A DNA stretch of 64,000 nucleotides from Balanoglossus misakiensis (Eukaryota > Animalia > Hemichordata). Made by a program: the position numbers and the translations under genes. The stretch covers positions 5,897,862-5,961,861 of the forward strand of contig CM082594.2 in assembly GCA_040954595.2 (NCBI GenBank), written 5' to 3'. The notes beneath the pieces are model-generated. The model saw only the letters and a list, made by a program, of their open reading frames with translations. It was not told the DNA's origin and searched no databases. Below are positions 28,801 through 42,100 of the stretch, one piece after another. Numbering within the stretch: the stretch's first letter is position 1; every line of letters starts with the position of its first letter.

Positions 28801-31800
28801 TTCTTAGCCGGATGTATAATCTACTTTAGGAACTTTAAAACACCTTAAACTAGGTCCTGCGCAAAAATCCGTGTCTGATGTGTAGACACGCTGAGCGTGA
28901 CAGGTTACTTTTTACAAACACCAGAAAGAGTTTGAATAATTTGATAAAGCTGCGCAACCGAGATTCTTGTGCAATGGCAAAGTTTTTGTGTCCAAGGTTT
29001 GGAGAGAATGCAAACAGCGACGGCGGCGGCAACAACAACAACAACAGCAGCATCAAAAACAACGAGAAAACCACGTTGATCATAGGCATATTAAGGGGAA
29101 TATCACGTACTCCATAACCTTACATATAGAATTTCGAGGAACTTCTGTTGTAAAATTGTCATGTTCTTGAAATTTTCTCAAAAGGTTCTGAGAGAGAAGC
29201 TTATAAAGGAAACACTAATGTAACTATGCTTGTTTTCGCGATACTTTCCCATATTTGAAACCCTCTATCTACAAAACACTCTGTTGTGTTTTCGTGATTT
29301 TAAAAAGTTCGTTGAATAAGTATAGCGTCACGTTGATAGTGCTACAGACAACATAGGCGTGAGTGAGTGCGTAAATGGGAATACACGTATTTCTATTGCC
29401 CTTCTTGAAAAATCTGTTGGCGACGCATTGTATAGTTTTGAAGACCACTGCAGCCAGCAGCTACTTGGATAGTAAAACTACTAGTATCTAAAAAGTGAAT
29501 GATTGATCACACATGCACAGTTTAATAATGGCGAGCCTGGAACAAGCACAAGAAATTAAGCAAAACAAACCACATGAAGTGACTGTAAAATTGATATAAA
29601 ACATGTACAAAGGAAAGTGCCTGGTCACAACAATTAAGGAATGGCTGTGTATAAGTGCGCGTTGCAACGTCACCCATATACTGGTGTTGGAATCAAGTCG
29701 CAGGGCCGGAGCTTGGATTACCATGGTAATACGTAATCCCATAACATTTGAATGGAGATTGGAAAGTTTCTTTTTTCAATCTATAGCCACCAAATGAGAT
29801 TCTGCGGAGAGGGCCGGCCAATATTTCGGCGCCACTTAAAGCGGCACGAAACAGAACTAGCACGCGTGCTCGCAGACTTGGCCAATTCCGTGGTCATTTT
29901 CGTTCATTTCGATGTAACGATAATCGTAATAGGCACCTTCTGACGGCGGTGCATCCGATCCATTGACGGACAACTCAATAATTGGCTGCAGCTTTGCGTA
30001 TTACGTATCTATTTGCCAGGAAATTTGCAATTAAAGGAAAAAAGGAGCCACTCGCCGAAATTATTAATTGGTTTCCCGTAATGCCTATTTCCTTCAATAT
30101 GTTCTTTCCCTTCGTTTCACTCAGGCGATGACGATATTATACATGTTATGACCACCGGTGTACATAAATGGGGAGGGGGAGGAGGAGGAGGAGGAGGAGG
30201 AGAGAGAGAGAGAGAGAGACACAGAAAGAGAGATCATTTACCCTGAATAGAAAGGGAATCATCGGAAATCGCTTTGCTTGGGCAAACAACATGCTTGTGT
30301 GAGCATTACATAGCAGTTTGATGCCTTTATTCACTTGTTTAAAATTTCATGGTGGTTCAGACCTGTATAGAGACTACGCGATTTAAGTGACTGCACACAT
30401 GTTACCCTTGTGTTCAACTCCAGTCACAAATTAGTGCGTGTGACAATTTCTTTCGTATAGGTTGGCCTTATCAAACCGCCGCATGCTAAAATAAATTAAT
30501 AAAGCCTTCCTCCATGGACGAGACACTAACATGATTTAATCAGTTTTAGTTATTAATTTCTACCAAAACATTTCTGGTGTGTGCACATGGTACTCCAAAG
30601 TCAGAGAACGTGGACAAAATGAAACTGACGACATTTATTTTGTTTATGTTTCAGTCATCGTCATATGTGCCTCCGCCGACGAAGTCAGAGAAATCATGCT
30701 CCACGCGTTCGACCACGGGATGATCAACGGCGAGTATGCCTTCTTCAACATCGAGCTCTACAGGGACCCGAAGTACGGCGAGTATCCGTGGAAACGCAAC
30801 GACGAGCGGGACGACGACGCCAAGAAGGCGTACGAAGCGCTGATGACGGTGACGCTGCTGCAGCCGTCCAGCCCGGAGTACATGGAGTTCTCCAACCAGG
30901 TGAAGAGCCGCGCCAAGTCCAACTACAATTTCACCTACGAAGATGACGTGGTGAGAACACAAATTCTATTAGCCATTCTCTTCACCATTGCACGCTATAT
31001 TCTTGTACCCCTTTGGACAACAATGCATTGCGGTTATGACGTCATCTTTGTGCAAAATCGGCCATTTTTCTTTTGCATTGTTATGGCCATATGTGAGTTG
31101 TACACCCGTTTATTATCTTATTCAAAACTGTGCACGCATACTGATATTTGCATGCACATCTATAAGTAAGTTCATTGAACTAAATTCTTGTTTGAAAGTC
31201 AAAATCACTCAAATAATCCAACAAAGAGATTGCAACGCAAGGGCCTTTAAAACATGCGTGCATCCGGTTTGATAGACACCAGTGAACTTAATCAAGGAGA
31301 GGCCAAGGCATTTGATTAATTGAACGAGCAAAATCATGGCCTCTAGTACAACATACTGTGTTCAGGGTTACAGGTCCTCGCTATTTTCAACATGAAAGCA
31401 AATGCGAACGTGAAGATTGCTCCAAAGTTAGTTTGTGTCAATAGGAACAGAGAAAAGACGATAATTTGTAAAGAAGAGTTTATCTAAGGATTACATGGTT
31501 ATTGCAGCTACTCGCAAATAAAAAAGGACCAATGAAGGTCAAGACATTAACTCGAGGGAAAATTCATTAAGAGCAATCAAAAGACGAAACTGGCCGATTT
31601 GAAGCGGTTTGATTTTTTTGACATTAGGACAAAAACACCGGTCGGTAGTAACATGTGACCAATATATTATCGTCTACAGCTTAACTGAAAATCGACAATC
31701 TATGACAGCCCTAAGGCATTTCACATGACTATTTCTGTGATCGATTGCATCGTTACTGGTCAAAATTTAGCTGGAACAGGTGTTAGCGAAGTAAATGATG

Positions 31801-34800
31801 CAATTTATCGATAACGCGGTTTTTGAGACGCGTCTGCGTGTATATTTAGTATTTCTGCTTCAAGAAATCAAGATTACGCCTATCCATCTCATTCATCTGA
31901 TATTCAACTTTCTTGCTTTGTCTACGCAAAATGTATGGGTTAGTGTTCTGTATCTGATAAGACACTGAGCCCATCGCTTACTTTTCGCGGAATGGCAGCC
32001 GTTGTCAAGGAGACCGTGTTAGTCATCATCTGTCAGAAAAAAAGATATGTTTTATGATTTAATATTCAATCTTTACATCTTTAAAGGTATACACTCACAT
32101 CTTGTGGTGTTCTGGCTAGATCTCCAATATCATTGACATCTGAGTGTGATATACTTGTCATGTAAATATTCACCTTTAATGCACACCACGAAAAAGTATT
32201 TTTGATTCAAAATCGGGATCATGATTTCTGCTTTTAAACTTTGAGTTGAAAGCAAAATCTGTTTGACAATGAGTATTATGGCACAGGGATTATTTTATAA
32301 TTGCCCGTGCTTACGTACAAAGGAGAACTTGAAGAAGAATGATTGCCAAAAACCTCTTAGGAGTCAGGATTCTCTGTCATCAAGCAATATCATATTCAAG
32401 GCATGTTTTGATATCGTGTCCTCCTGTGACCTCACAAGTGATCTCGGTGACCTTGACATGTTTTTTTTCCCTTCTTCTAAATTCACCAGGTAAACAACTT
32501 TGTCGGGGCATTCCACGACGCTGTCATCTTGTACGCGCTGGCGCTCAACGAAACCCTGGCCGCCAACGAAGATCCGCGCGACGGCATGGGGGTCACGCGC
32601 AGGATGTGGAACCGCACGTTCAAAGGCACGTATGGGGGGGGGGGGGGATAATTTTAACCTAGCTAAGAGGTCTGTATACCGTCTGCTAATATGGACAGTA
32701 TCGGCCAGACCTCTTTGCTGGGTTAAAAAAACAGTGTAAATATAGAATGCGAAAGCGGAATACTGATACCCCAAGGTGACTCGCACGTGGTATGGTTTTC
32801 GGAAGATAACAGCTCACTCAAAGTAATTGAAGACGTTTTAATAAATGGCGGATAACGTTAGCTTGCCAGAACGCCGGGCATACGCCTCGCAAAAGACGGG
32901 GCTAAAACTGATTGTCGCTGCAGGTCTTAAAGATGTCGCCTATAGGGAAGACGGTTTAAACTGATGCGATGATGCTAAGCATTTAATATTGACAGAGATG
33001 TCACTTCAAAATTATCGCATCGCAGAAAGAATTGGCAAGCTGTTTTTTCTCAGCTATTGGTAGAAATGAGCGGTTTTCTTCTAGAGTCATTTTCTGGTTT
33101 CGTTATCGTGACGTTTTTAGCATTGGGTCATATGCACCCCGTGCAATCAGATGATAAATGGAACACATTACAGTCTCCAACCCCGACATTATTCTTTTAT
33201 TTATCGCTGTTTCTCCCGATGTTGACGTTTTCAGGAATCACAGGAAATGTAACGATTGACGATAATGGGGACCGAGACGCGGACTACTCTTTGCTTGATA
33301 TGACTGACCCGGAGAGGGGCACGTTTGAGGTGAGGAGTGGAATTTTTATGCTCGTACATTGGACATATTTTACGCACAACATGACTGCTTGCAACTAAGT
33401 CGCTCGTTTTCTCTGACTACACGCATGTATATACATATATTCATTTTGATGATGCTTTCAATCTAAATGTTCTGCACCGGTCGAGAAAATCGCTCCCCCC
33501 CTACTGAAAGTGCAGTTGATCAGGCAGCCATGTTTGATTATTCCGACATGCGCACAACGGCATCGATCTGTTGATATGTAAATAATAATCAACCAAAGTG
33601 ACTGGGGTTTTTTGCGTAACAGACAAGAAATTAACCAACAAAAATCACGAAGCGAACTAAGTACTCCCGGGATGTGGGGGAAAAATCCCAGATTGAAGAC
33701 TTAAGTCTCGCTTTGTATGTTTTGGAAAGCCCTTACGTCACGTTCCTTCACACAGTGCGCTTTCATTCCGACGCTTACGACAAAATACACTTCGTCGCGT
33801 TTCAGAATACAGATTCCCATTATCTTTAATGGAGACTTTCAAACTGGCAGAGACGCAGGGTATCGATAGATTACGGACACTTATTAAAACGTACGATCAC
33901 AATGACAGTTTTCACACTAACGGCGCGTTATGTTGCGTCATCGTAATCGTCCGCTCGATTTTCGAGCTTTGTAAATTGCCCTTCTATCTCCAAGCGGCGC
34001 CGTTATCTTTTTTCATAATCCAAGTCGACTTGCTCTAGTTTATCGGATTTTTAAGCAGTGGGCCTCCTTAACCCACATTGGCCAACTGATGGAAACGCGC
34101 ACCTGGATTTTCTACTTCCCGCCGAGATCTTGGCGTTAAGACGTCCTGACTTGAACATTTTAGGATTGTTGCTTAGCGACCAATCGGGCGATATTAAGCG
34201 ACAGAGATTAAAGTATGGATCTTGCGTACTTCGAACTAACTGCGGTGCGCTAAATGGTGCGGTGTATCACCCCAATATGTAATAATTAACCCAATATGTA
34301 ATACTAACCCAATATGTAATAACACCTTAACCCAATACGTAATACTAACCCAATATGTAATAACACTTAACCCAATATGTAATACTAACCCAATATGTAA
34401 TAACACTTAACCCAATATGTAATAAACTTTAATTCTACATGTAATAAACGTTATCAGCTAGATGCATATGTAATAAACGTTAACCCTATATGTTATAAAT
34501 TTGAATTTTACATGAAATAAACGTTTTTAGTTAACCCTATATGTAACACTTACCCAATATGTAATAACACCTTAACCCAATATGTAATACTAACCCAATA
34601 TGTAATTACACCTTAACCCAATATGTAATAACACTGCCCTAATGTATTTTAATACTAAGCTTAATGAAATACACCAAATCAATATGAAATTATATCTGAA
34701 TATGAATTGAAATCCTTTTACTAAACATGTTTTAAAACTAAACTCACTGTTTTTCATTAACCCAATATGTAATAACACCTTAACCCAATATGTAATAACA

Positions 34801-37800
34801 CTGCCGTAATGTGTTTGAATGTGTAATATTAACCCAATAGAGTTGAAGTAAAACTCAAGTCTGTATAAAAGTAGTGAAATCAAGTTGTGTACGCATGCGT
34901 GACATCAACATATTGTCTCAGATAGAAGCTTCCAGACATATACAGAGTATACCCAGGACACATAATTGACATGGAAAAGTTATTAATGAAGCCATATACA
35001 TCAGGACACTTCAATCCTCACTTGTAGAGATGGGGGCAGGGGGGGGGGGTTACACTTTACCATCCGTGCACACTTCTTGCCCGTCAAAAGTGAAACAGAT
35101 ACTGATATTGAACGCCTGACGCGTCAAGTATACCTTTCTTAATTTTGAAGTCCAAAAGCGGGGGTCATCTTTTTTTAAAAAACGTTTAGGGGGTTCATAT
35201 ACTTTTGCCACAAAACTTGTGCTTTTGAGTCCACAAAATTGCAGTTTCGCACCCTTTATTTTACAAAATTTTCTAATCCCCAGCGTACCCCCGCGGCCTC
35301 CCCACCTCGGGTGATACGGGACAAATGTGGGGAATTAGCCCGGTGGTTGCAGTCCCCGGGTGGGTGGATCCGTATACTAACAGCCGATAGTAATAGTTTT
35401 GCGAAATATAGCATAAAGCTAGAGGTTCAAGCAACAAAATTTACCTTGATTTCATGTGGATGTAAAAATTAGGTAAATCTATCACTATGTTAACTTTACC
35501 AGGACTATCAAATGCTACCGGAACTTGCAAGTAATTCGTTGAGTTAAGCGGGAAATATGTTAAACAATAGGGTTTCCCCCTCTATCACCACCTCTATTGA
35601 AAATAGATGAAATAATATTATGGTCTTTTCCCAGAAAGACAAATGTACTCTCCCCCCCCCCCCCCGTAAAAAATTACAAGCCACCTTTACCATTACATAT
35701 TGGGTTAAGTGTTATTACATATTGGGTTAATGAAAAACATTGAGTTTAGTTTTAAAACATGTTTAGTAAGGATTTTAATTCATATTCAGATATAATTTCA
35801 TATTGATTTGGTGTATTTCATTAGCTTAGCATTAAAATACATTAGGGCAGTGTTATTACATATTGGGTTAAGGTGTTATTACATATTGGGTTAGTATTAC
35901 ATATTGGGTTAAGGTGTTATTACATATTGGGTTAGTGTTACATATTGGGTTAAGTGTTATTACATATTGGAGTAGTGTTACATATTGGGTTAAAGTTTAT
36001 TACATATAGGGTTAACGTTTATTACAAATAGGGTTAACTAATAACGTTTTTTCATGTAGAATTAACGTTATTTCATGTAGAACTAAAGTTTATTACATAT
36101 AGGGTTAACTAATAAAGTTTTTATCATGTAGAATTAACGTTATTTCATGTAGAATTAAAGTTTATTACATATAAGGTTAACTAATAACGTATTTTTTCAT
36201 GTAGAATTAACGTTATTTCATGTAGAACTAAAGTTTATTACATATAGGGTTAACGTTTATTACATATAGGGTTAACTGAAAACGTTTATTACACGTTAAA
36301 TTCAAGTTTATAACTTATAGGGTTAACGTTTATTATATATGCAGCTAGCTGATAATGTTTATTACATGTAGAATTAAAGTTTATTACATATTGGGTTAAG
36401 TGTTATTACATATTGGGTTAGTATTACATATTGGGTTAAGGTGTTATTACATATTGGGTTAATTATTACATATTGGGGTGATACAGTGCGGGGATAAGTA
36501 CTCGCTCGCTATCAGATTCCTCGTAAGAGTGTACCATTGCATAAAAATATGCGTAAGGCTCGCGTAAGACTGCAATTTGGATGGGAATTTTATAATGACT
36601 CAGTAGTTGTTCTTTTAAGCATCACCGTGTTTTCATAACGTGTTAATAAGATGATTCCTGTTTTATTATAGAATTTAATTACACATGTAAAAAGTACTAT
36701 TAAAACCGCACTGATAGTAAATGACTTTACTTTCACTTTTATGCGATTACATCCGACAGGTGTCTCAATCATAAACATGTGTATTTTATGCGTTTAGGAC
36801 ACTAGTCGAGAGGTTTTTTAAAATAACAAATTTCTTCCCCTAGGGGAAATGTACATTACATATGTCCACTGCAAATACATTTAACAAATAAAGATGAATT
36901 ACGAGTTGAAATGCTAATTGAAAATCTAACATATTTCCCTGCCTGTTGTAATAAACGTACGTTGAGTACGAAATAAAACACAACTGCCTACGGAATAGAC
37001 AATTCCGATCAAATCGCTGAATTCATGATTAAAAGATATCAAGTAAACATTAAACTACGATCCTCTAGACTTTTTTCGTTAAATTCGTTTAAGCACGTCT
37101 ACCTTTGAACTAACTTCACCAATTTGTGACGAGCAACTTTTTTACTGCAAAGTTACGGTATTTGTCCTTGTAGGTCGTGCTGAATTACTATGGTGACCGG
37201 AAAGTGGTTGAAAAAGTGGCCGATATCCACTGGCCAGGTGGCGCGACTGGGCCTCCGCCGGACGTACCCGTTTGCGGCTTCCAGAACGAGTTATGCCTCC
37301 CCCGAGGTAAGGAAATAACCCCATGCATGATATAACGCGTTTTTATTTTCAAATGCCGACGATCTTCTTATGCGATGTTGTTTTGATGTGAAGAGTGTGA
37401 CGTGGATACGTCATTTACACTGCAATTTGAAGAAATGAGTTGCCATGTCTTGTCTGTCGAGATAGACGGATATTTCCCCCTCCAGGCTCAACTTAAATAG
37501 CTAGCTCGCACAATCCAGCAGTCCTGAATTAATATCAGAAACTTCAAACGGCAGCCAGTACTGATCGGTAGATTTGCGAAACAACACGAGCTCAAAATCA
37601 CGATTAATCTTAATATCAAAATAAAACAATGTCACAACTCAATTTGACATCAATATCGAATGAGTATGGCTGGCACAATTTCAACTTTAATGCTCTACCT
37701 GCAAACGACGTCTGAACCTGTCCGCTTCAATTATTTAAGACATCGGGATTAAGTAACCGCGGCCCTGGGGCATGCCTCTGGATGTTGTTTTCGATCACTT

Positions 37801-39020
37801 ATAAAATCCAATGTTCGGCTAAAGTTGTTATGGCGTCAACGAAGATTCTGTCTGGCAGTCGTGAAATGTTGTGAATAATGACATGTAATCCTCCTTCAAA
37901 CGCCAGCGTCAATTTGTTTCGACTTATATACAAATTCACGTCAGTTTAATGTTTCCTCACATCGTTCTGTGTGTGTGTGTCTGTATGTCTGTATGTATGT
38001 ATGTATGTATGTATGTATGTATGTATGTATGTATGTATGTATGTATGTATGTATGTATGTATGTATGTATGTATGTATGTATGTATGTATGTATGTATGT
38101 ATGTATGTATGTATGTATGTATGTATGTATGTATGTATGTATGTATGTTACTTAATGTTTGTTACATGTATATACATGTATGTATCATTGCGGCTAAAAA
38201 ATCTTATATCGACCACAGCAGCCTAAACACGCCATTGATTGACTTGGCGCCACAATCATGTGACGAAAAAAAAACTCGTTGATTTTCAACGTCATCATGG
38301 AGTCACAGTGATCCCCTTAAATCATAACAAGCTCAAGGAGATTTCACAGCGCAATCCGAATCCCGCTCTCGACAAAACGGGGTAAATTTCGATTAAACAA
38401 CAGAACGAACTCGTTGATCACAGGGCTGTGATAACGTCCCCGTTTAGCATTGCCTGTATCCGGAGTTGTCAATACACGCGCGCGTTCTTTGATGTGTTTC
38501 CGTGCATTAAATTCTAGATTAGGCATATGCGTTTATTGTGTCACCGGTACATTCTTCACTACTCTGTATCATTTATTTTTGTGCACAAAAATGCTTTATG
38601 TGACGTCATCTCCAGTATTAGTGAGCCATATGTTTTGGACAGGAGAGACGATTTCCTCCTTCTGCGCATTCACCGCGCCTGGTCATGCGTAACATTGAGA
38701 AAAGATAATCCTCAGATGAGATAGTAACGACTTTTGATTCCATCTCCCAATGCAAAACATACAAAGCCTATTCTTACAGCGTTGATATTTTGGCAGCCAC
38801 GTTGTAATTAAAGCAGCTAATGTCATTGAGACTCATGGTGGAGACAAAGACTTTGCACCGCCCCGCCTATTTGGTTTAGTTCGTTAAATATGATATATTT
38901 CCTGAATATATACGACCACTGTTTATTATTATGTTGCCTGATTAAGCCATCAGATCAGAAGCCCACAATTCGCAATGTATTTATTACTGGAAGTTTCTTG
39001 TTATCGTTGTTGCTGTTGTA

Positions 39021-39052
<32 letters not shown>

Positions 39053-39063
39053 AATGGTGGTGG

Positions 39064-39132
<69 letters not shown>

Positions 39133-42100
39133 CCCGTCGGCAATTAACGCAAGCTGTTCTTAAAGCGGCGCGTCGTGATAACACCGCGTTGCAGTTGAGC
39201 ATGTTAGCGCCAATTCACGTATCCCCTTTGGTGCTCATCAAGAAAAAAATACACGACTTGAATTCCCCGGAGTCAAATTCCTACACTTTCATTTCTTTTT
39301 CAGAGGACTTCCACCTTCTTGGCATCATCGGAGTAGTTCTTGCGTGTTTGGTGATTATTGTCATCGTCATTGCCCTTCTTGTGTACAGGTACGTTACCAT
39401 GGGGACAACACGGACCCGTGACACTTCTACAAGTACAAGTTATTTTTTTACAAGTTTTCAAATGCTCACTTACTGGTGTGAAGTGTTTTCTTTTTCTTAG
39501 AAACGATCTGACTTCTCCAGCCTGAAGAATGTTCGCGAGGCCAAAAATAAAGTAGCATTCGCTCCAAACTGTATCAGACACGAATGAATGTCACAAATTG
39601 GTATCTTTTTCCTATAAAAATACTTAAGTGATCTAATTTTATCAATGCATGAATTGAAAAAAAAAGAAATACGATTGATTAAGAAATGTTTATATGATTT
39701 TCATGTGAAAAACGTATATCGTTTGTGATAAGTATAAGTGATAGGTATATTAGTTAAGTACAGACTCTGAATCAGCCGATTCACGAGTACAGGCTGTCTC
39801 GTCCGCCATCAATATTCAACGTTTGTTTCTTGTAAGTTGTTCTTATCTGCAGTTGTGAGGTTTTTTGTCATAAACACTCTCGCCTGATAACATGTATGCT
39901 ACATCTGCCAATATTGTCACTCTGTCGATTTGAAACGCCATGACCTTTCCGCGTGGGGCTCATTGAAATAATCAGAAAACAGAAATTGCTCTATCAATAT
40001 TTCAAATCTAATAACTATCATCAGCTGAAGCACTTCCCAAGTGGAGAAATTAAATATCCGAACGAGAATTTCACTCCCCGGGGGCGTTTTTTTGTTTTCA
40101 TCGCAGGAAGTACAAGCTAGAAGCGGAGTTGGCCAAGATGACGTGGAAGGTAAACTGGGAGGACATATCGTTGAGTAAAACCGACCGCAGCCGAGTGATG
40201 TCGACGGCAGCTGTCAACGCGGCGTTCAGCAAATCACAGGTATCTAGGGTAAGTGTAAAACGCTCAGCACCGTATACTTACATACATACACAAAGTGTGT
40301 CTTTTGATTAAAACTGGGTCACTCGCTAAGTCTCTCTACGCGGCGTTCCTATAGTTTCAACCCTCAAAGTACACTCCAACCAGCCGTGAATAAAGTAACA
40401 CCAATTCACCTCGGGGCAGGCCTGACGATGTTTCCGATAAAGCAACTATCAAATCAAGATTGTCGAAACTTTCGCAGCTGCGCGGTTGTAACGCGAATTA
40501 AAGGTATACAGTCACCTCCAATTTAAATATGCCCATATATGGCTGAAATGGCGTATTTGAGCGTTCTAAAGAACACATGGTGGCGCTCGTTTTTTTTCGC
40601 GTGTGCCACCCACTGAAATTCTGTGATTGGCTAGATCTCAATTTGCCATGGTAACTATAGCTAACTTTCAATGGGTGACCGTATACCTTTAACAACCAAG
40701 GTGCGCGCGAATGAACAAAAGTGGGAATGGAAAAAGTGCTATAAATGGCCCTTCTGCGGCGATTTCTGTTTTTATTCCATGGACTGTGAAATAGAATAGA
40801 AATTTAGTACAAATCCAGCAATTTATGGAATGTTACTAATTTACCGTTTCAAATCACAGAATATATATAAGACGCCTTAATACGACTTATTGCGTCTGGG
40901 AGGCTTTGCGCGCCTTGTTCAATTTTATTTAATCGAAGAAATAAAACACCTCACTTTTTCAAGTCTTGTTGTACTGCAATCATGGAAAGTATACACGCCA
41001 AGAACGTTTATACCACAAACTTTAATCCCACCAGGACGTGGAGAACACCTTTAAAGTTCACACTTTCATTTTCACTTGAAAATAGCTGTTTTGTCGGTAC
41101 ATGTCTATGTGTTTTGCAACTGGGAAACCTCCTGCAGGCCATATTGATAATTGTTTCGTACTTTCCAAGAAATATTCATATTATCACCCCAATCGTTGCA
41201 ACCCCCAAGCAATTTACCAACACGCATCTACTAATTGCATAAGTGATGTTGTTCGTTCAGAGAAGCAGTACCCGCTTATCGTCATTTGGAACCGCGGACA
41301 TGGATAGACAGATATTTACGAGGGTGGCACAATACAAGGTAATGCAATAAATTCAAAACTAAGTTGTATGATTACACTGGACGTATCTTTATTTATGCCC
41401 CGGGTAGAGCTTAAACTGTAGCTGACGAGAGAAAGTTTACCCTGTCAATAGCTGCACTCTATTTGATAATAAAATTAAAAAGCAGAAATTGCAAGTTTGC
41501 ATAAAGCGTCTGTTGCCTCAGGGTATAAGGGTTATGAAATTTTAAAGGGAACGTCTATATAGTTAGCAAACATGTCTCGCTTGACAAGGTGACATGTATG
41601 TGGCAAACGAAGTTATGTACATATTTAAATGATAAAAAAATGAAACGAATGATGGAAAGTGTTAAGTTTCTACGTTAATATGTTTGCCGTTCTGGCTGAA
41701 GTGTTTAGCTGTTTTTTGGCTTCACTTCTGGAATGTGTGCCAAATATCGTTCCTGTTACCCCCCCCCCCCCCCCCCCCCCACAGTCGGGCGTGACGGTTG
41801 ATTTCTCGGCATTAATGGAATAAGAATAAACCAAGATCTCGACGATTCTCACCTGGGGAGATGGATCGAACGATAACTATGCAAATGCAACCATCTATCT
41901 GATTGTAAAAACACTATGCATATCACGAGTGTCGGATGCACCATCAAGAATAACTGCATTAGACCGCAGGCAGGTGATGATTTTTATGTTTGTGTGTGCT
42001 GCTTACACAGGGCAACGTGGTGGCCATTAAGAAAGTCAATAAAAAGAAGATTGAACTGACAAGAGATGTGTTACTGGAATTGAAAGTTGTAAGTATTCCA

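Noticed and set aside
39021-39500. 159-aa poly-Met ORF running into the TM exon
   Set aside because: An (ATG)n microsatellite happens to be in frame with exon 6, which has a normal acceptor at 39303.
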